Assembly: GCA_002719315.1 (NCBI GenBank)
Contig: PBHD01000005.1
Span: forward strand, 155,133 to 219,132
Length of the DNA: 64,000 nucleotides
Direction of reading: 5' to 3'
Source: Flavobacteriaceae bacterium
Lineage (GTDB): Bacteria; Bacteroidota; Bacteroidia; Flavobacteriales; Flavobacteriaceae
Shown: positions 35,021 to 45,053 of the stretch, piece after piece
Layout of the letters: every line of letters starts with the position of its first letter
Position numbering within the stretch: position 1 is the first letter of the stretch
Program-made: the position numbers and the translations under genes
Notes under the pieces: generated by a model
Seen by the model: only the letters and a program-made list of their open reading frames with translations
Database searches by the model: none
Told to the model about the DNA's origin: nothing

Positions 35021-35961
35021 AGAAGAAAATATTAATTTCAGGTTTAGGTGGTTCATTGTTTCCATTTTTACATAATATTTTAAAAATAAAATATGATTTA
35101 TTTTATGTTGACAACGATACTTTTTTAAAGGATTTATATAAAAATTTAAATCTTTATATATCTCCATTAGCTTCATCAAAAGATTACATTAAATTTATAA
35201 AGAAAATTATTTTAAAGCATAAAATAGATTTTTTTATTCCTTTAATTGATGAAGAAATTATTTCTGTAAAATCAGAGATAGAGGGATATAATGAATTGAA
35301 AATAATAAGTCCTGACTTAGACTTTTGTTTTTTAGCATTGAATAAGTATAGTTTGATGAAAACTCTAGAAAAAGAAAAAATTTCAATTATTAAATCATTT
35401 AAGGCAAATAATTTTAAATGGCAAATTACTCCTCCAATTTTTGTTAAACCTATAATTGGAAGAGGAAGTAGAGGGGTTAAAAAATTAAAAAATAATGAAT
35501 CTTTAAATGCTTATATAAATTTAAATTTTTTAGATCCTAAAGAGATACTTATTCAAGAATATTTATCTGGAATTGAATATACAATAGGAGTTACTGTAAA
35601 TAATTTAAATCATATTCTTTCTATTAGCATAAAAAGAATTATTCGAAAAAAAGGTATCACTATAATAGCTGTAACTGAAAAAAATCAGGAAATCTCAGAT
35701 TTAGTAAAAAAAGTAGTACAAAAATTAGCTCCAAAAGGCCCAATAAATATTCAGTTATTTAGGACAAAAAATAATGAATTTAAAATTTTTGAGATTAATC
35801 CAAGGTTTTCTACAACGACTATAATGAGTTATGCATGTGGTATAGATGAGATTAGTTTATATATAGATTTTTTTGACAAAAAATTTCAGGGAGAACCAAT
35901 ACAACCTAAAGAAGGAAAAATTCTTCATAGACGTTGGGAAAATATTTTTTATGAAAAATAA
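35005..35961 (+). CDS. ATP-grasp ligase
   Basis: Segments VKPIIGRGSRGV, LIQEYLSGIEYT and FEINPRFS. Confidence 0.75.
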   Translation: MGKNIKKKILISGLGGSLFPFLHNILKIKYDLFYVDNDTFLKDLYKNLNLYISPLASSKDYIKFIKKIILKHKIDFFIPLIDEEIISVKSEIEGYNELKIISPDLDFCFLALNKYSLMKTLEKEKISIIKSFKANNFKWQITPPIFVKPIIGRGSRGVKKLKNNESLNAYINLNFLDPKEILIQEYLSGIEYTIGVTVNNLNHILSISIKRIIRKKGITIIAVTEKNQEISDLVKKVVQKLAPKGPINIQLFRTKNNEFKIFEINPRFSTTTIMSYACGIDEISLYIDFFDKKFQGEPIQPKEGKILHRRWENIFYEK

Positions 35962-36847
35962 AATTTTATTAGTTGGAGGAACTGGATATATTGGTTCAGT
36001 ATTAAATAATTATTTGAAGGATAAATATCAAATTTATAGAACAAGTTTATCTAAATCAAATGAAAAAAAAGAATTTATAATTGATTTAAAAGTTTCAGAA
36101 TCATTTAATTCTCTAATCAATTATAAATTCGATATTGTTTTCTTTTTGGCTTCATCCATAAAAGGTATTGGAAAAAAAAACTTGAACAACATAGATTTAG
36201 AGATAAACACTATATGTTTAGCAAATTTTATTGATTTCTTAAAAAAGAATAAGTTGACAAAAAAAATAGTTTATATGTCATCAATGACTGTTTATGCACC
36301 TTCAAAAATTATTCCAGTTAATGAATTATTTGATTTATCTCCAACATCTATTTATGGTTTAAGTAAAAAAATAGCTGAAGAAATTATAAAATTTAATTCT
36401 TTAAATAGTAACATCAAATCCTTAGTTTTGAGAATTCCAGGTGTTTACGGAGGCAATAGAAAGAATGGACTTTTATACAAAGTAATAAAAAATGCTTTGC
36501 ATAATAATTCAATAAATATTAATACAGAAAATTTAGAATATTGGGAGTGTATAGAACTTAATGATTTATGTTTTTTATTAAAAAAATTATTAGGGGTGTA
36601 TAAATGGAATTCAAAATATGAAGAAATTAATATTGGCTATGGAGAAAAAATTGATTTGATAGATACTGTTCAGTTAATTCATAATAAAGTTAATAGTAAG
36701 GCTAAATTATATTTTAAAAATAAATCATATTCAGATTTTTATCTAGATGTTAAGAAGTTGAAAGATATTATAGATTATGATTTATCATTTAAAAATGGAT
36801 TATTTAGTTACATAAAACAAATTAAAAATGAGATTCGTGATAGGTGA
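35951..36847 (+). CDS. NAD-dependent sugar-nucleotide epimerase/dehydratase (extended SDR)
   Basis: LLVGGTGYIGS and the YxxxK segment YGLSKKIAE. Start moved to the ATG at 35951 (MKNKILLVGG). Confidence 0.75.
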   Translation: MKNKILLVGGTGYIGSVLNNYLKDKYQIYRTSLSKSNEKKEFIIDLKVSESFNSLINYKFDIVFFLASSIKGIGKKNLNNIDLEINTICLANFIDFLKKNKLTKKIVYMSSMTVYAPSKIIPVNELFDLSPTSIYGLSKKIAEEIIKFNSLNSNIKSLVLRIPGVYGGNRKNGLLYKVIKNALHNNSININTENLEYWECIELNDLCFLLKKLLGVYKWNSKYEEINIGYGEKIDLIDTVQLIHNKVNSKAKLYFKNKSYSDFYLDVKKLKDIIDYDLSFKNGLFSYIKQIKNEIRDR

Positions 36848-37556
36848 TATTCATGGAGAGTTTTCTAAACTAAAAAAATTAATCTCCTTAATAAATAAAA
36901 TTGATAAAAACCCAAAATTAATTTTTCTTGGAGATTATATCGATAAAGGTGAAAATAGTAAAATTACACTTGATTATTTAGTAGAATTAAAATTAAAATT
37001 TGAAACGATCTTTTTGATGGGTAATCATGAATATCAGTGGTTAAATTATAATTTTTATACAAATCAAATTTTAGAGTATGGGGGATTACGAACAATCAAT
37101 GATTTTAATTCCAGTGATATAGCTGATTGTCAAAATATATTAATTAATAAGTATAAGAAAATTTTTGATCGACTAAAAAGGTATGTTATTATAGAGAATT
37201 TTTTCATTTGTCATAGTGGAATTTTAAATGAAACAGAAAGTTTTAAATCTTTAAATGAAATAAAGATCGAATCGCTATTATTCAATAGATATGAATTTTT
37301 GAATCAAAAAAATCTTTTTAAAAGTAAATACAAAATTATATTTGGACATACTGCTTTTTATAATCCATACGTTGATGACTTTAAAATAGGAATTGATACG
37401 GGTGCATGTTATTTAGCGGATCAACCTTTGACATCCTTTTGTATTGATAATTATGATTTTATTAATTCTAATGGAGAAAGTTATAATATTGAACATATAA
37501 ATAAAGATTATTGCCCATTAATTATAAGAAATAAAAAATTAAATAAAAATGTTTAA
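36828..37556 (+). CDS. Calcineurin-like metallophosphoesterase
   Basis: GDIHG, GDYIDKG and GNHE motifs in order. Confidence 0.8.
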   Translation: MRFVIGDIHGEFSKLKKLISLINKIDKNPKLIFLGDYIDKGENSKITLDYLVELKLKFETIFLMGNHEYQWLNYNFYTNQILEYGGLRTINDFNSSDIADCQNILINKYKKIFDRLKRYVIIENFFICHSGILNETESFKSLNEIKIESLLFNRYEFLNQKNLFKSKYKIIFGHTAFYNPYVDDFKIGIDTGACYLADQPLTSFCIDNYDFINSNGESYNIEHINKDYCPLIIRNKKLNKNV

Positions 37557-38262
37557 GAACAAAAAAATAATGATAGTTGTTGCCCATCCAGATGACGAAA
37601 TTTTAGGTCTAGGAGCAACAATGCATAGACTAATTAATAGTTATAATGTTAATACTCACTTGTTGATTTTGGGAGAAGGAATTACATCCAGATCAGATAA
37701 TAGAGATTTAAAAAAGTGGAATTCAGAATTAAAAATTCACAAGCAAAATATTATGGAATCAAAAAAATTAATTGGATATCATTCAATTTCTGTAAATAAA
37801 CTTCCAGATAACAGATTTGATAGTTTAGCATTATTGGATTTGATTAAGTTAATTGAAAAAGAAAAGAAAAAATTTAAACCGGATATGGTTTTTACTCATC
37901 ATCATGGTGATTTAAATATTGATCACAGGATGACGTATGAAGCAGTTATAACATCATGTAGACCAATTGATAATGAAAAAGTTAAAACGATCATTACTTT
38001 TGAAACACCATCAAGTACAGATTGGAGGTCTTTTGATAAACAAGAAATATTTAAACCTAATTTCTTTTTTGAAGTAACAAAAGTAGATATAGATATTAAA
38101 GTAAAAGCTATGGAAAGTTATTTTTATGAAAGAAGGTCTTATCCCCATCCAAGATCACCAAAATCTTTAAAAGTTAGAGCTCAACATTTTGGTTCAATGA
38201 TTGGAGTAGAATATGCAGAACCTTTTTGTATAATAAGATCAATTGAAAATATAGTTCAATAA
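37549..38262 (+). CDS. PIG-L/LmbE-family N-acetyl-sugar deacetylase
   Basis: Segments VVAHPDDEILG and HHGDLNIDH. Confidence 0.8.
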   Translation: MFKNKKIMIVVAHPDDEILGLGATMHRLINSYNVNTHLLILGEGITSRSDNRDLKKWNSELKIHKQNIMESKKLIGYHSISVNKLPDNRFDSLALLDLIKLIEKEKKKFKPDMVFTHHHGDLNIDHRMTYEAVITSCRPIDNEKVKTIITFETPSSTDWRSFDKQEIFKPNFFFEVTKVDIDIKVKAMESYFYERRSYPHPRSPKSLKVRAQHFGSMIGVEYAEPFCIIRSIENIVQ

Positions 38263-38264
38263 TT

Positions 38265-39251
38265 GTGAAAAAAATTATAAAAGTATTATTAATTGGTTTA
38301 GGAAATATTTCATTTAAATATGATTTAAAATTGTCAAAAAATTTTATTTTAACACATAATAGAGCTTTTAGTCTTCATCCTAATTTTAAAATTGTTGGGG
38401 CAGTAGATAATAATAAAAAAATAATTTTTGGTTTTTCAAAAAAATATAAAATCCCAACATTTGATAATGTAAAAGATGCCCTTAATAAATTAAATCCTGA
38501 ATTGATTGTAGTTTCTACACCAACTAAAACACATCTTAAGTTAATTAAAGAGATTTTTCTTTTTCATAAGCCCAAATATATAGTTTGCGAAAAACCATTA
38601 GGAAATAATCTTTTAGAATCATTTGAAATTAGAGAATTATGTGAAAAGAACAATTCATTATTGGTTGTTAATTATCAAAGAAATTCTTCAATTATTTCTG
38701 AAAAAATTATAAAGTTCATTGATAAAAATAAATTTAAACCTCCATTTAAAATTACTACATGGTATTCAAAGGGTTTAAATAATAGTGCTTCTCATTTTAT
38801 AACTCTTTTTAATTTTTTATTTGGAGAAATTACGAATTGTAATTTAATTAAATCAAGTCATAATAGATTAATTAAGGATGATTTCGAATTATTATTCAAA
38901 TTAGATTACGAAAATTGTGAGGTAATCTTTATCCCTGTAGATTATAAAAATTTTTTTTATAATTCATTTGAAATGATTTGTAAAAACGGAAAATTAATAT
39001 ACGAAAATGGTGGAGAAAATGTAAAGTGGTATCCAATAGACAAGAAAAAAGTAACTTATTCTAATTATAAAAGTTTATCAAAAAAATTTCAGATTCTTGA
39101 ATCAGATTATTACCAAAGTCAATTTTCTTTTGTAAATAATTTATGGAGGTTTATTCATGGTAAAAAATCAATGATAAGTTTGGGAAGTGATGCAATTTTA
39201 ACTGCAAAAATAATTGAAGATTTAAAAAAACAAAATAATGAAAAAAGATAA
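38265..39251 (+). CDS. Gfo/Idh/MocA-family oxidoreductase (GTG start)
   Basis: N-terminal Rossmann segment VLLIGLGNISFKY and the EKP motif in IVCEKPLG. Confidence 0.7.
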   Translation: MKKIIKVLLIGLGNISFKYDLKLSKNFILTHNRAFSLHPNFKIVGAVDNNKKIIFGFSKKYKIPTFDNVKDALNKLNPELIVVSTPTKTHLKLIKEIFLFHKPKYIVCEKPLGNNLLESFEIRELCEKNNSLLVVNYQRNSSIISEKIIKFIDKNKFKPPFKITTWYSKGLNNSASHFITLFNFLFGEITNCNLIKSSHNRLIKDDFELLFKLDYENCEVIFIPVDYKNFFYNSFEMICKNGKLIYENGGENVKWYPIDKKKVTYSNYKSLSKKFQILESDYYQSQFSFVNNLWRFIHGKKSMISLGSDAILTAKIIEDLKKQNNEKR

Positions 39252-40521
39252 ATTAGCTTTATTTGGAGGAAATAAAATAATAAAAAAGCCATTTAAAAAA
39301 TATAATACGATTGGAGAGGAAGAATTAAATGCAGTAACAAAAGTTATTAAAAAAGGTATTTTATCAAAATATTTAGCAAGATGGGGTGATGATTTTGAAG
39401 GTGGCCCAAAAGTAAAAACATTTGAAAAAGAATGGGCAAATTATTTTAAAGTAAAACATGCTATTAGTGTAAACTCATGGACATCTGGATTAGTTTGTGC
39501 TGTTGGTGCAATTGGAATAGAACCAGGGGATGAAATAATTTTACCTCCATGGACAATGAGCGCAAGTGCAATGGCAATCCTTCATTGGAATGCAATTCCT
39601 GTATTTGCAGATATAGAAAAAGAGACTTATTGTATAGACCCAGTTTCGATAGAAAAAAATATTAGTGAATATACTAAAGCAATTATGGTGGTTGATATTG
39701 GAGGGCAATCAGCTGACATGAATAAGATTAATAAAATTGCTAAGAAATATAATTTAAAAGTAATATGTGATACAGCTCAGGCACCTGGTTCATTATATTT
39801 TAAAAAATTTACAGGAACATTAGCTGATGTAGGCGGATATAGTTTAAATTATCATAAACATATTCATACTGGAGAGGGAGGGATGTTAGTAACTAATGAT
39901 GATAACATTGCTAAAAAGTTAAAGTTAATAAGAAATCATGCTGAAGCTGTTGTAGGAGATATGGGTTTTAATGATTTAAGTAATATGATTGGGCATAATT
40001 TTAGATTAGGTGAAATAGAGAGTTCAATTGGTATAGAACAGTTGAAAAAGTTAGACTACTTAATTAAAGAAAGACAAAGAATTGCAAAAAGATTAATAGA
40101 TGGTTTAAAGGATTTAGATGGATTAAATTTACCAAAAATTCGTAAAAATTGCACTCATGTTTATTATATGTTTTTTATGACTTTAGACCTGGAAAAAATC
40201 AAAGGTGCTAAAAGAGATAAAATTTTTCATGCTCTTGTAGCAGAGGGTTTAAATGGATTATCTCTTAAATTTGCAAATGTCCATTTGTTGCCAATTTTTC
40301 AGAAAAAGCAGGCTTATGGAAGCAAAGGTTTTCCTTGGAATTCTGAAATTAATAAAAGAGAGATTAACTATAATAAAGGTATTTGCCCAGTAGCAGAATC
40401 ACTTCATGATAAAAACTATATTGGTTTTCAAATGTGTATGCATCAAATGTCTAATCATGAAATAGATCTTATGATATCGGCCTTCAAAAAAGTATGGAGA
40501 AATTTGGAATTTTTAAAATAA
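39238..40521 (+). CDS. DegT/DnrJ/EryC1/StrS-family sugar aminotransferase
   Basis: Fold-type I sugar aminotransferase layout with the Lys segment SLNYHKHIHTGEGG. Confidence 0.8.
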   Translation: MKKDKLALFGGNKIIKKPFKKYNTIGEEELNAVTKVIKKGILSKYLARWGDDFEGGPKVKTFEKEWANYFKVKHAISVNSWTSGLVCAVGAIGIEPGDEIILPPWTMSASAMAILHWNAIPVFADIEKETYCIDPVSIEKNISEYTKAIMVVDIGGQSADMNKINKIAKKYNLKVICDTAQAPGSLYFKKFTGTLADVGGYSLNYHKHIHTGEGGMLVTNDDNIAKKLKLIRNHAEAVVGDMGFNDLSNMIGHNFRLGEIESSIGIEQLKKLDYLIKERQRIAKRLIDGLKDLDGLNLPKIRKNCTHVYYMFFMTLDLEKIKGAKRDKIFHALVAEGLNGLSLKFANVHLLPIFQKKQAYGSKGFPWNSEINKREINYNKGICPVAESLHDKNYIGFQMCMHQMSNHEIDLMISAFKKVWRNLEFLK

Positions 40522-40534
40522 TTAAAGTAGAAAT

Positions 40535-41665
40535 ATGAAATATTGTAAAAAATGTTTGCAACCTGATACAAGACCAGGAAGTTTTTTTAATAAAGAGGGA
40601 ATTTGTCCAGCATGTGACTATTATTTTAATTCAAATTTAAAAGCAGATTGGGATGAAAGATTTGAGCTGTTAAAAATTGAAATAAAAAAGTATAAAAATA
40701 AAAATTCTCATTTTGATTGTATAATAGGAATAAGTGGAGGAAAAGATAGTACAAGACAAGCTTTGTGGGCTAGAGATAAATTAGGATTAAATCCTTTATT
40801 AGTTTGTCTTGCATATCCTCCTGAACAGGTTACTTTAAGGGGAACAAATAATCTTTCTAATTTAATTAATTTAGGTTTTGATGTTTTGATATGGACACTA
40901 CAACCAATAACGTGGAAAAAAGCTTTGAAAAGTGGCTTTTTAAATGATCTAAACTGGGCTAGAGCTAGTGAACAAGCTATTATAAGTTCAGTTCCTCAAA
41001 TTGCAATGAAATATAATATAAAATTAATTTTTTGGGGGGAAAATCCTGGGTTACAATTAGGAGATATGAATACTGCTGGTAAAGTAGGATTTGATGGAAA
41101 TAATTTAAGAAATATGAATACAGTCAAGGGAGGAAAACTTGATTGGATGATTAAAGAAGGATTTAAAAGAAATGATTTAATAGCTTATAGATATCCAACA
41201 ATAAGAGAGTTTGATAAAGCTAATCTTCAAATTATTTATATGGGATGGTTTTGGAAAGATTGGTCAATAATTAATAATGGAATGTTTTCTTCAACTCATG
41301 GTCTTGAATTAAGAGAGGATAGTTTTGAAAATACAGGGGATCTGTGGGGTTGTTTTTCTTTGGATGAAGATTGGGTTACTTTAAATCAAATGATAAAATA
41401 TTATAAATATGGTTTTGGAAGAGTTAATGATTATTGCAATGAGGGAATTAGGCATGGTACAATGTCAAGAGATGAGGGTATATATTTAGTTGAAAATTAT
41501 GAAGGTACAATTTCTGAAAAATACATTCAACAATTTTGTGAATATATTGAAATTCCAGTATCACTTTTTTGGAAAAAGGTTAAAAGTATAGTTAATAAAG
41601 ATCTTTTTTATATTGACAAGAAAGGTAAAATAAAAAAGAAATTTAAGGTAGGAATTGGATTATGA
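40535..41665 (+). CDS. N-acetyl-sugar amidotransferase (WbuX/WbpG/PseA family), copy 1
   Basis: N-terminal Cys cluster CKKCLQPDTRPG...ICPACDYY and an intact PP-loop SGGKDS (40733-40750). Confidence 0.8.
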   Translation: MKYCKKCLQPDTRPGSFFNKEGICPACDYYFNSNLKADWDERFELLKIEIKKYKNKNSHFDCIIGISGGKDSTRQALWARDKLGLNPLLVCLAYPPEQVTLRGTNNLSNLINLGFDVLIWTLQPITWKKALKSGFLNDLNWARASEQAIISSVPQIAMKYNIKLIFWGENPGLQLGDMNTAGKVGFDGNNLRNMNTVKGGKLDWMIKEGFKRNDLIAYRYPTIREFDKANLQIIYMGWFWKDWSIINNGMFSSTHGLELREDSFENTGDLWGCFSLDEDWVTLNQMIKYYKYGFGRVNDYCNEGIRHGTMSRDEGIYLVENYEGTISEKYIQQFCEYIEIPVSLFWKKVKSIVNKDLFYIDKKGKIKKKFKVGIGL

Positions 41666-42276
41666 TAAATATTAAGGTAGGAATTATTGACTATGACCTA
41701 GGGAATCAAGATTCTTTGTTTTATGTACTAAAATCTTTAGGTTTTAGGGTTTTATTAAGCAATAAACCGAAAACACTTTTAAAAATGGATTTAATAATAT
41801 TACCTGGTGTAGGAGCTTTTCCTAAGGCAATGAAATCTCTGAAAAAAAATGGTTTAGATAATTTTTTGATAAAGTGGTCGAAAAAAGATAAACCAATAAT
41901 TGGAATTTGTTTGGGGATGCAATTACTATGTTCAAAATCTTACGAATTTAAAGAGACAAAAGGATTGAATTTAATAAAGGGTGAAATAATTAATTTGAAA
42001 AACAGAAATTGGCATATTGGATGGAATGATAATACTCCATTAGTACATGAAAAGTTTTTTATTGGCTTGAAAAGACAACAGTTTTATTATAATCATTCTT
42101 ATAGATTTTTTGGAAACGCCAAGTTTGTAATTAGTAAATGTAGTTTCCAAAATGAATTGATTCCATCTATTATTAAATCAAAAAAAATTATTGGAATTCA
42201 ATTTCATCCAGAAAAAAGCCAAAGTTCTGGAAAAAAATTATTAGTGAATATTATAAAAAAACTTGTGAATGGTTAA
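41662..42276 (+). CDS. HisH-like glutamine amidotransferase subunit (WbuY-type paralogue)
   Basis: Cys nucleophile segment GICLGMQLL and the His/Glu segment IQFHPEKS. ATGA overlap with the preceding gene. Confidence 0.8.
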   Translation: MINIKVGIIDYDLGNQDSLFYVLKSLGFRVLLSNKPKTLLKMDLIILPGVGAFPKAMKSLKKNGLDNFLIKWSKKDKPIIGICLGMQLLCSKSYEFKETKGLNLIKGEIINLKNRNWHIGWNDNTPLVHEKFFIGLKRQQFYYNHSYRFFGNAKFVISKCSFQNELIPSIIKSKKIIGIQFHPEKSQSSGKKLLVNIIKKLVNG

Positions 42277-43039
42277 AAAAAGATTAATTGGTTTAATAAC
42301 AGTTAAAGATGGACTTGCAGTTCAATCTTTTTCTTATAATAATTATTTACCTATAGGTAGGCCTGAGTGTCTAGTTGAAAATCTTGATAGATGGGGAGCT
42401 GATGAAATTTTAATTCAAGTAATTGATAGAACAGAAAAAAAATTGGGTCCAGACTTTGAATTACTAAAAAAAATTGGAAAATTAAGGATTTCAACTCCAA
42501 TAATTTATTGTGGAGGAATAAGAAATTATATAGATGCTATTGAGGTAATAAAGCAAGGTTCAGACAGAATAATTGTTGATTATTTGATTCGTAATAATCA
42601 AAAAGAAGTTTCTAAAATTGCAAAATATATTGGTTCACAAGCAATAATTGGAGCCCTTCCAGTTTTTATAAAGAAAAAAAATTTATTTTTATTTAATTAT
42701 GACTCTGGATTAAATCAAAAAATTGATAAAGACTATGTAAAATCAATTTCTGATCAAAATCTGGTATCTGAAATATTATTAATAAATAAAGAAAAGGAGG
42801 GATTTAAAAAATCTTTTAACTTAGATTTAATTAATTTTTTTCCAAAAATGGATTCTTCAATTATAGCGTTTGGAGGAATCAGTGAAATTAGTCAAATAAA
42901 AAGTATTTTGAATATAAATAGGGTTTCTGCAGTTGCAGTTGGAAACTTTTTAAATTACAAAGAGCACTCGATTCAAGTTATTAAAGAATTTTTGGATATA
43001 AAAAATATTAGAAAACCAAAATATTCTTCAAAAAGTTAA
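42269..43039 (+). CDS. HisF-like cyclase subunit (WbuZ-type paralogue)
   Basis: (beta/alpha)8 HisF-like pattern: IGLITVKDG, WGADEILIQ, YCGGIR, AFGGIS. It overlaps hisH-like by 8 nt. Confidence 0.75.
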   Translation: MVKKRLIGLITVKDGLAVQSFSYNNYLPIGRPECLVENLDRWGADEILIQVIDRTEKKLGPDFELLKKIGKLRISTPIIYCGGIRNYIDAIEVIKQGSDRIIVDYLIRNNQKEVSKIAKYIGSQAIIGALPVFIKKKNLFLFNYDSGLNQKIDKDYVKSISDQNLVSEILLINKEKEGFKKSFNLDLINFFPKMDSSIIAFGGISEISQIKSILNINRVSAVAVGNFLNYKEHSIQVIKEFLDIKNIRKPKYSSKS

Positions 43040-43042
43040 ATT

Positions 43043-44284
43043 ATGGAAATTAAATTTTGCAAAAGATGTCTTTATTCATCTGATCATCCTCTAGGTGTAA
43101 TAATTAATGATGAAGGAATTTGTTCTGGATGTAAAATCCATGAAGAAAAAGATTTTTTGGATTGGAATAAAAGATTCGAAAAGTTAGAGAAGATAGTAAA
43201 ACCCTACAGGAGTAAAAAAGGGGAAAATTATGATTGTATTGTTCCAGTAACTGGTGCTAACGATTCATATTTTATAGTTCATATAGTAAAAAATAAACTG
43301 GGTTTAAATCCACTATTGGTTAGTTATAATAAATATTTCAATACACCTCTTGGAATTAAAAATTTGGCAAATCTAAGAATTCAATTTAATTGCGATATTT
43401 TGTATCAAAATGTAAATCCAATTTCTGTAAAAAGAATTACAAGAAAGACTTTAAGAAAGTATGGTAATATATATTGGCCTATTTTGGCTGGTCATACAGT
43501 TTTTCCTGTACAAACTGCAGTAAAATTTAAAATTCCTTTAATTATTTGGGGTGCTCATCAAGGTCTAGAACAAGTAGGAATGTTTTCTCATACTCATGAG
43601 GTTGAAATGACCAGGAGGTATAGAAAAGATCATGATCTGTTTAATAAGGAAGCTAATGAAATAATTTCTGTTGAGGATGATTTAAAAGAAAAAGATATAT
43701 GGCAATATTATTATCCCAACGATAAAGATTTAAGATTAAATAATGTTAGAGGTATATATCTTGGAAATTATATTAGGTGGGACCCTAAAGCTCAGCATGA
43801 GGAAATGATAGAGAAATTTGGTTATTTAACATCATCATTTACAAGAACTTTTGATTGCTATGATTATGTTGATTGCTATAATTATATGAATTTGCATGAT
43901 ATTTTAAAATTATATAAACATGGATATTCAAAGGTTACTGATCATGCTTCAAGGGAAATTAGGTTTGGAAGAATTACTAGAGAAGAAGGGTTAAATTTAG
44001 TTAGGAAATTTGAAAAAGCAGAACCACAGTATTTAAATTTTTTTCAAGAATGGCTTGGTATCGAGAGTAAAGCCCTAATTTTCTTGATGGATCAATTTAG
44101 AAATTTAAAATATTGGAAAAAAATTGAACCTAGAAAGTGGATTTTTAATGGATGGTCAAAATTAAATTCAGAAAAAAACTCATACAATGAAAAATCTAAT
44201 TCCTTTTCTTTTATAAATAACAACAATTTTAAATATAAAGAAAAAAAAGATGGATATATTACTATCGGAAAAGGATGGCCGTAA
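43043..44284 (+). CDS. N-acetyl-sugar amidotransferase family, copy 2 (degenerate PP-loop)
   Basis: Same N-terminal Cys cluster (CKRCLYSSDHPLG...ICSGCKIHE). The PP-loop position reads TGANDS (43250-43267) instead of SGGxDS. Confidence 0.7.
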   Translation: MEIKFCKRCLYSSDHPLGVIINDEGICSGCKIHEEKDFLDWNKRFEKLEKIVKPYRSKKGENYDCIVPVTGANDSYFIVHIVKNKLGLNPLLVSYNKYFNTPLGIKNLANLRIQFNCDILYQNVNPISVKRITRKTLRKYGNIYWPILAGHTVFPVQTAVKFKIPLIIWGAHQGLEQVGMFSHTHEVEMTRRYRKDHDLFNKEANEIISVEDDLKEKDIWQYYYPNDKDLRLNNVRGIYLGNYIRWDPKAQHEEMIEKFGYLTSSFTRTFDCYDYVDCYNYMNLHDILKLYKHGYSKVTDHASREIRFGRITREEGLNLVRKFEKAEPQYLNFFQEWLGIESKALIFLMDQFRNLKYWKKIEPRKWIFNGWSKLNSEKNSYNEKSNSFSFINNNNFKYKEKKDGYITIGKGWP

Positions 44285-44340
44285 ATTCTATTTTATATAT
44301 TAAATATAAGACCTAATATAGTTTAAAATTAATTTTAAAA

Positions 44341-45015
44341 ATGAAGATTTCACTAATAATGAACGAAAATTCATATGCTGGAAGAGAGTATTTGTATAAT
44401 TTAAAAAGAGAAAAATTTAAAATAGATGTTTTATCAATCGGAACATTTCCAGAAGATAACGTTATTGAAGATACTAGGTGTGGAAATTTATGGAAACCAG
44501 AAAAGCAAAATAAATTAGCTAAGTTTCACAAATTTTACAAATTTAAATCTTTAAAATCTAAAAAATTATTAAATTTTTTAATTGACAAAAAGTATGATAT
44601 TGGAATACAAGGTGGAACTGGAATTATTAATAAAAAAATTATAGATAGATACAGACTAGGTATATTGAATTTTCATCCTGGCTTGTTACCAAATTATAGA
44701 GGTTGTAGTGCTCCAGAGTGGCAAATAGTTGAGGGTAACAAGGTTTATTCTACATGTCATTTAATTGATGAAGGTATTGACACAGGAGATATAGTTGCTA
44801 TAAAAGAATTGAAAACAAATAATTTAAGTTATTTTACATTTAGAGCTTCAATTTATATTGAAACTTCAAAATTTTTAATTAAAACAATAAATGAAATTAA
44901 ATCATTAAATGGTTTTAAAAATAAACCATATTCTCAGGATAAAAATAAAGCTAGATATATGAATTATATTGGAGATGAAAAAATAAAAATAATTATTGAC
45001 AGCTTTAAATATTAA
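44341..45015 (+). CDS. Formyltransferase-fold protein 2 (canonical N-x-H ... D)
   Basis: Segments LNFHPGLLPNYRGCSAPEWQIVEG and IDEGIDTGDIV. Confidence 0.7.
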   Translation: MKISLIMNENSYAGREYLYNLKREKFKIDVLSIGTFPEDNVIEDTRCGNLWKPEKQNKLAKFHKFYKFKSLKSKKLLNFLIDKKYDIGIQGGTGIINKKIIDRYRLGILNFHPGLLPNYRGCSAPEWQIVEGNKVYSTCHLIDEGIDTGDIVAIKELKTNNLSYFTFRASIYIETSKFLIKTINEIKSLNGFKNKPYSQDKNKARYMNYIGDEKIKIIIDSFKY

Positions 45016-45053
45016 AAGACAAATTTTATAATTTATTATAAAAAATTAAGGTT

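Noticed and set aside
41662-43039. hisH/hisF as histidine-biosynthesis genes.
   Set aside because: They are embedded between two N-acetyl-sugar amidotransferase genes with overlapping junctions and no other his genes. This is the known WbuY/WbuZ-type arrangement for acetamidino sugar formation.
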